Below the pieces are notes generated by a model. The model did not search any database. It was not told the DNA's origin and worked only from the letters and a program-made list of their open reading frames with translations. A stretch of 64,000 nt of DNA from an uncultured Desulfobacter sp. (GTDB lineage Bacteria > Desulfobacterota > Desulfobacteria > Desulfobacterales > Desulfobacteraceae). Where the stretch lies: contig OY762069.1 of the NCBI GenBank assembly GCA_963665095.1, positions 6,048,001 through 6,112,000 on the forward strand, read 5' to 3'. Positions 59,817 through 64,000 of this stretch are shown here, in pieces (the first letter of the stretch is position 1; each line of letters opens with the position of its first letter). The translations under genes were made by a program, and so were the position numbers.

Positions 59817-60545
59817 ATGGATATTAATGATATTTATCTACAGTTAAAAGAGACATTAAAAGCAGAAATCATCCGGCACAACCTGTCGGATAAGACCATA
59901 GATATCACTTGCAAACCGTTATCCGTAAAAGAGGCCATTGGCACGCCGGAGCATGACGACTATCCCATCGTCAAGGGTAGAGAGGTGATGATGGCAGCCA
60001 GTTTTAACGGAGCATTCGGCCAGGCATTTACCGATGAGTACACTGATATTTCCCTGTCAGTGGAAGATCTGCTTAACATAGACCACACCCAGACCAATGA
60101 ACGGGCCATTTTCATAGCCGGACTCAATGCCGTGTATCGCTCACTCGGGCTTTGCGAAAAAACAATCCACTGCAAAGACAAGGAGCCGGTGGAGTGTGCC
60201 CGGAATCTGGTTCAGATGCCTGAATTTTCAGGTAAAAAGATCCTTCTGGCAGGACTTCAGCCTCGGTTTCTGGAGTATCTGTCCGGATGCAATACCATGC
60301 GTGCCCTGGATCTGGATCCGGACAATATTGGAACCGAACGGTTTGGCACCACCATCGAATCCGGAGACCAGTTTGAGGACGCCCTTCAGTGGTGCGACAT
60401 GATCTTTGCCACAGGTTCCACCATTGTGAACGGCACAATAACCAACTTCTTGAATTCCGGCAAGCCTTCGGTCTTTTTCGGGGTGACCATCAGTGCCCCG
60501 GCAAAAATCTTAGGGCTTTCAAGCTATTGCCACTGCGGGCATTAA
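59817..60545 (+). CDS. DUF364-like Rossmann-fold protein
   Basis: GQAFTD, ALDLDPDNIG, ATGSTIVNGT. Confidence 0.75.
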   Translation: MDINDIYLQLKETLKAEIIRHNLSDKTIDITCKPLSVKEAIGTPEHDDYPIVKGREVMMAASFNGAFGQAFTDEYTDISLSVEDLLNIDHTQTNERAIFIAGLNAVYRSLGLCEKTIHCKDKEPVECARNLVQMPEFSGKKILLAGLQPRFLEYLSGCNTMRALDLDPDNIGTERFGTTIESGDQFEDALQWCDMIFATGSTIVNGTITNFLNSGKPSVFFGVTISAPAKILGLSSYCHCGH

Positions 60546-61077
60546 TTAGGCATCACGCAAAAAAGGGAACCATGAACCCGGACCATGGAGAGCTGGGGGC
60601 ACAGTTCGCTGTCAATTTTCCGGGCATTGATCAGGGTCCTGCGGTCATCCAGGGGATCCGGCACCAGTGGTGTGACATGGGGATGGGAGGTTCGTGTCAG
60701 ATAGATAGCCATGGAGAGAAGAACGCCCGTATAAATGGCAAACTCAATGGCAAAAAACAGGGTCCCGGCAAAAGTGACGACAAGAACAAAGGTATCAGGG
60801 CGGCTGCTTTTAAGGATCTCCCTGATATGATGGACATCGATTAGTTTAAAGGCCACAAACAGGATGACCCCACCGGATACCGGATAAACCAGAACACAGA
60901 AACCAGATCCGGTACCATAACCAGCTCCAGCAGGCCGAACACCGCATAAAGAGAGGCTGCCGCTATTGTGCCCGCCCGGGTTCGTCTTAATGTGTCCTTG
61001 TGAAAATATCCCAGGAAAGCCTGCTCCAGGGACGCACAAGGCCCGGTAAAAGTCAGGGTAAATCGGTTGTAGTCCAA
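60542..61077 (-). pseudogene. Chimeric remnant: membrane-protein N-terminus joined to a SulP fragment
   Basis: SulP-like VLVVTF..IEFAIYTGVLLS..RVHGSLF joined out of frame to an unrelated TM N-terminus (60841-61077). Confidence 0.7.
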
Positions 61078-61212
61078 GAGGCGTGCCCTTTGTAAGAGAG
61101 GTTACCCCAATAAAATAGCAAGCCTTTACAGGCCTTTGCAAGGCTTTTATCCGCTATGCAGGCAGGTGCCCGGGCTTTGGTTGAAACGGGGCACCCTGCC
61201 TGTATTTATAGG

Positions 61213-62274
61213 TTACTGGACATCTGTGATGCCCACCTCCTCCCAGGTTTTAATATCTGCCAGGATCCGGGTGGACAGATCCAGCAGTTCCATGCAGACG
61301 GCTGCACCTGTGCCTTCTCCAAGCCGGAACCGCAGATCAATAAGCGCTTCAAGCCCCAGGTGGTCGTGCATATAGGTATGGCCGATTTCCACAGATTTAT
61401 GGCTGGCAAACAGATAATTTTTTGCGGCCGGACACAGTTCGCAGGCAATGAGCGCCCCTGCCGTGGAGATCAGCCCGTCACAGATCACGGGAATGCCTCT
61501 GGCTGCCGCACCGATCACCAGACCGGCCAGCCCGCCAATCTCAAGCCCGCCCACCTTGGACAGGACACCCAGGGGATCTTTGGGGTCAGGCCGGTGAAGG
61601 GTTAAGCCCTTTTTGATGACATTGATTTTATTTTCAAGCGCCTTGTCATCAATGCCGGTGCCCCGCCCTGTGAGCTTTTCGACCTCAATTCCGGAAAACG
61701 CGGCAATTACGGCTGCAGAAGGGGTGGTGTTGCCGATACCCATATCTCCGGTACCTAGGAGATCAATGGGTCTTTTCGCATGCAGCTCATTAACAATTTC
61801 AATGCCGGCTTCAAGGGTTTTTATCGCTTCTTCCCGGGTCATTGCCGGCTCTTTGGTGAAATTGGCCGTGCCGTGGCGCACCTTTTTGTGGAAAATGGGC
61901 AGATCCGGTGCAAAGTCATGGGCGACGCCGATATCGGCCGCACTGACCTCAGCCCCGGCATGTTTGCCGATCACATTGACCGAAGCCCCGCCATTGACAA
62001 AATTATAGACCATCTGGGGGGTGACTTCGGCGGGAAAGAGGCTCACCCCTTCTTCCACAACGCCGTGGTCACCGGCGCAGGTGACGATATGCTTATTGGT
62101 CAGTTGAACGTCAATACACCCTTTGATCCCTGCAAGCCGGGCAGAGATGTCTTCCATGACGCCAAGGCAGCCGGCCGGCCTGGCCTGGTTGGCCAGTCGC
62201 TCCCTGGCAAGGTTGTAAGCATCTTCGTTAATGGTCGGTTGAATCCTTTTTAATGTCTCTTCAAGTAAGCTCAT
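61213..62274 (-). CDS. cobT: Nicotinate-nucleotide--dimethylbenzimidazole phosphoribosyltransferase
   Basis: AGDHGV, GDMGIGNTT, TGRGTG, RLGEGTGA. Confidence 0.97.
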   Translation of the reverse strand: MSLLEETLKRIQPTINEDAYNLARERLANQARPAGCLGVMEDISARLAGIKGCIDVQLTNKHIVTCAGDHGVVEEGVSLFPAEVTPQMVYNFVNGGASVNVIGKHAGAEVSAADIGVAHDFAPDLPIFHKKVRHGTANFTKEPAMTREEAIKTLEAGIEIVNELHAKRPIDLLGTGDMGIGNTTPSAAVIAAFSGIEVEKLTGRGTGIDDKALENKINVIKKGLTLHRPDPKDPLGVLSKVGGLEIGGLAGLVIGAAARGIPVICDGLISTAGALIACELCPAAKNYLFASHKSVEIGHTYMHDHLGLEALIDLRFRLGEGTGAAVCMELLDLSTRILADIKTWEEVGITDVQ

Positions 62275-63587
62275 GCTGAAATCCTTTTGCTGTCTGTGAT
62301 ATCTTTTTCAAACACTTCCATGCCCTTTTTCATGGCACAGAAATCTCCGCACATGGTGCAGGTCTTTTGTTCCGCAGGAGAGCGGTCCTGTCTGGTCTTC
62401 CGGGCAATTTCGGGGAACAGAAGGCAGGATTCCAGATCATCCCAGCGCATATCGCGCCGGGCCATGGCGGCGTTTTTTTCATTATCGCGTCGGTCCGGAT
62501 ATTTTGCAATATCGCCGATACGAAGGGCCAGTTTTGTGGCCCGGATCCCTTCTTTTACATCTGCCACATTGGGAAGCGCCAGATGTTCGGCCGGGGTGAT
62601 GTAGCAGATCAGATCGGCGCCGTAGCGTGCGGAGTTGGCTGCGCCAATGGCCGCAGAGATGTGGTCATACCCGGCCCCGGTGTCACAGGGAATGGGGCCT
62701 AACACGTAATAGGGGGCATTGCCGGACATCCGCTTTTCCAGCATGATGTTGCCCTCAATTTCATCCAGGGGTACGTGGCCGGGGCCTTCCACCATCATCT
62801 GACAGCCCATGTCACGGCCGAGTTCAGCCAGTTCGCAGTTGATGATCATCTCTGCCATCTGAGCCCTGTCATGGCTGTCATGGATGGCCCCGGCCCTGAT
62901 GCCGTTGCCTAAAGAGAGCACGGCATCATACTTTTTCATCAGGGCGCATACCCGGTCAAACTGTTCATAAAGGGGATTTTCCTTTTTATTGATGTCCATC
63001 CAGGCCACCATGTATGTCCCGCCCTTGGAGGCAAGTCCCCCATATCTGAATCCCTGTTTGCGCAGCCGTTCAATGGTGTACTGGTTGATGCCGCAATGGA
63101 TGGCCATGAAGCTTAACCCGTCCTCCAGCTGTTTTTCAATCAGGTCAAACAGATATTCGGGGTCCAGTTTGCCCGGATTTTTATATTTCCGGATGGTCTC
63201 TTTGAAGGCCTGATACAGGGGGACATTGCCCACGGGCAGGTCTGTGGCCTCAAGCACGGAGCGCCGGATAATATCCAGATCCCCGCCGGCGGACAATTCC
63301 ATAAGGGTGTCTGCCTGCTCTGCCTGGGCAGCCCTTGCCTTTTCCACTTCAAACCGGACATCACAGATATCCGAGGACGTGCCGATGGAGGCGTTGATTT
63401 TTGTCCGAAGACCGGTTCCAATGCCCGTCACTTTCTGAGAATGGCGTTTGGGGTTGCATGGGATGACGATCTCCCCTTTTGCCACATGCTCAAGGATAAA
63501 TTGTTCTGTGAGATTTTCGTTTCGGGCAATGATGGTCATCTCCCGGGTGAGAATGCCCTGACGGGCAAGTTCAAGCTGTGTTGCCAT
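62271..63587 (-). CDS. bzaF: ThiC-family radical SAM enzyme, probably 5-hydroxybenzimidazole synthase
   Basis: KINASIGTS, MVEGPGH, CYITPAEHL, C-terminal CTMCGDFC; overlaps cobT and follows a B12 riboswitch rather than a TPP riboswitch. Confidence 0.8.
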   Translation of the reverse strand: MATQLELARQGILTREMTIIARNENLTEQFILEHVAKGEIVIPCNPKRHSQKVTGIGTGLRTKINASIGTSSDICDVRFEVEKARAAQAEQADTLMELSAGGDLDIIRRSVLEATDLPVGNVPLYQAFKETIRKYKNPGKLDPEYLFDLIEKQLEDGLSFMAIHCGINQYTIERLRKQGFRYGGLASKGGTYMVAWMDINKKENPLYEQFDRVCALMKKYDAVLSLGNGIRAGAIHDSHDRAQMAEMIINCELAELGRDMGCQMMVEGPGHVPLDEIEGNIMLEKRMSGNAPYYVLGPIPCDTGAGYDHISAAIGAANSARYGADLICYITPAEHLALPNVADVKEGIRATKLALRIGDIAKYPDRRDNEKNAAMARRDMRWDDLESCLLFPEIARKTRQDRSPAEQKTCTMCGDFCAMKKGMEVFEKDITDSKRISA

Positions 63588-63698
63588 AGTTTCCTCGCTA
63601 GGCTGTGTCTGCAAAACCCAAAAAAGGCTTCGCAGAAAGGTAAATTCCTGCAAAACCCTTTACCATCAGGTTTTGTTGCTTGATATTCATGTTCCCCC

Positions 63699-63846
63699 GG
63701 GCACGTCTTCTGACTTGCGGCATTAGATCTGTTTTTGCCTTCCCGAAATCCAGTGGCATATAAAAACAGATATTTCCGGTTACAGCGGCGGGACCGTCAG
63801 GGAATTTCACCCTGTTCCGTTTACCTGGGAGCAACCTAATAGCCCT
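63699..63846 (-). promoter_or_regulatory. Cobalamin riboswitch
   Basis: Minus strand GGAACAGGGTGAAATTCCCTG, CCCGCCGCTGTAA, GCCACTG..GGGAAGG, AAGTCAGAAGAC.TGCC (B12 box). Confidence 0.93.
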
Positions 63847-64000
63847 GTTTTATACTTGGGAACCAGAGGGAAGTCAACATGCTCCCGGGGTATTCGCATA
63901 CAAAATAAGGTTGCTCTCCTAATTTTGGGATAACACCATTTTCATACCATTTTTATCTTTTATGGTTTGACAAAGTAGTATAGGTTAAACTGGTTAAATG

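Noticed and set aside
63588..63653. Extended N-terminus of the ThiC-like protein
   Set aside because: MATQLELAR at 63587 matches the family start and has a GAGGA SD
1..64000. CRISPR array, tRNA or rRNA genes
   Set aside because: No regularly spaced repeats, cloverleaf or rRNA-like sequence seen by eye

Overview
This 64-kb window looks deltaproteobacterial (Desulfobacter-like, inferred from gene content). Its centre is a ~26-kb anti-phage defence island bracketed by 147-bp direct repeats (16750-16896 and 42916-43062). A WYL regulator of the CapW/BrdR type sits between two divergent arms. The leftward arm is a type II CBASS operon (CD-NTase, Cap2 E2-E1, Cap3 JAB, HNH-SAVED effector) hit by two transposons. 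A four-ORF IS21-family element (5-bp TSD GATTA) splits the effector. An unusual four-gene DDE/AAA-ATPase element (6-bp TSD CCCAAC) clips the Cap2 C-terminus. Both genes can be rebuilt in frame from the sequence. The rightward arm is a DUF499-DUF3780-DUF1156-PLD/SNF2 restriction-like system with a DUF262/ABC-ATPase/RelE-like (Menshen-type) cassette nested inside it. The flanks carry a methyltransferase/ABC transporter/radical-SAM-binding-protein-fusion operon, a group II intron 5' remnant, a probably leaderless AAA-DUF4143 gene with a strong operator, a cold-shock cassette, TRAP and MMPL operons, several collapsed gene remnants, and a cobalamin-riboswitch-controlled bzaF-like/cobT operon. Family names come from motif recognition, not from database searches.
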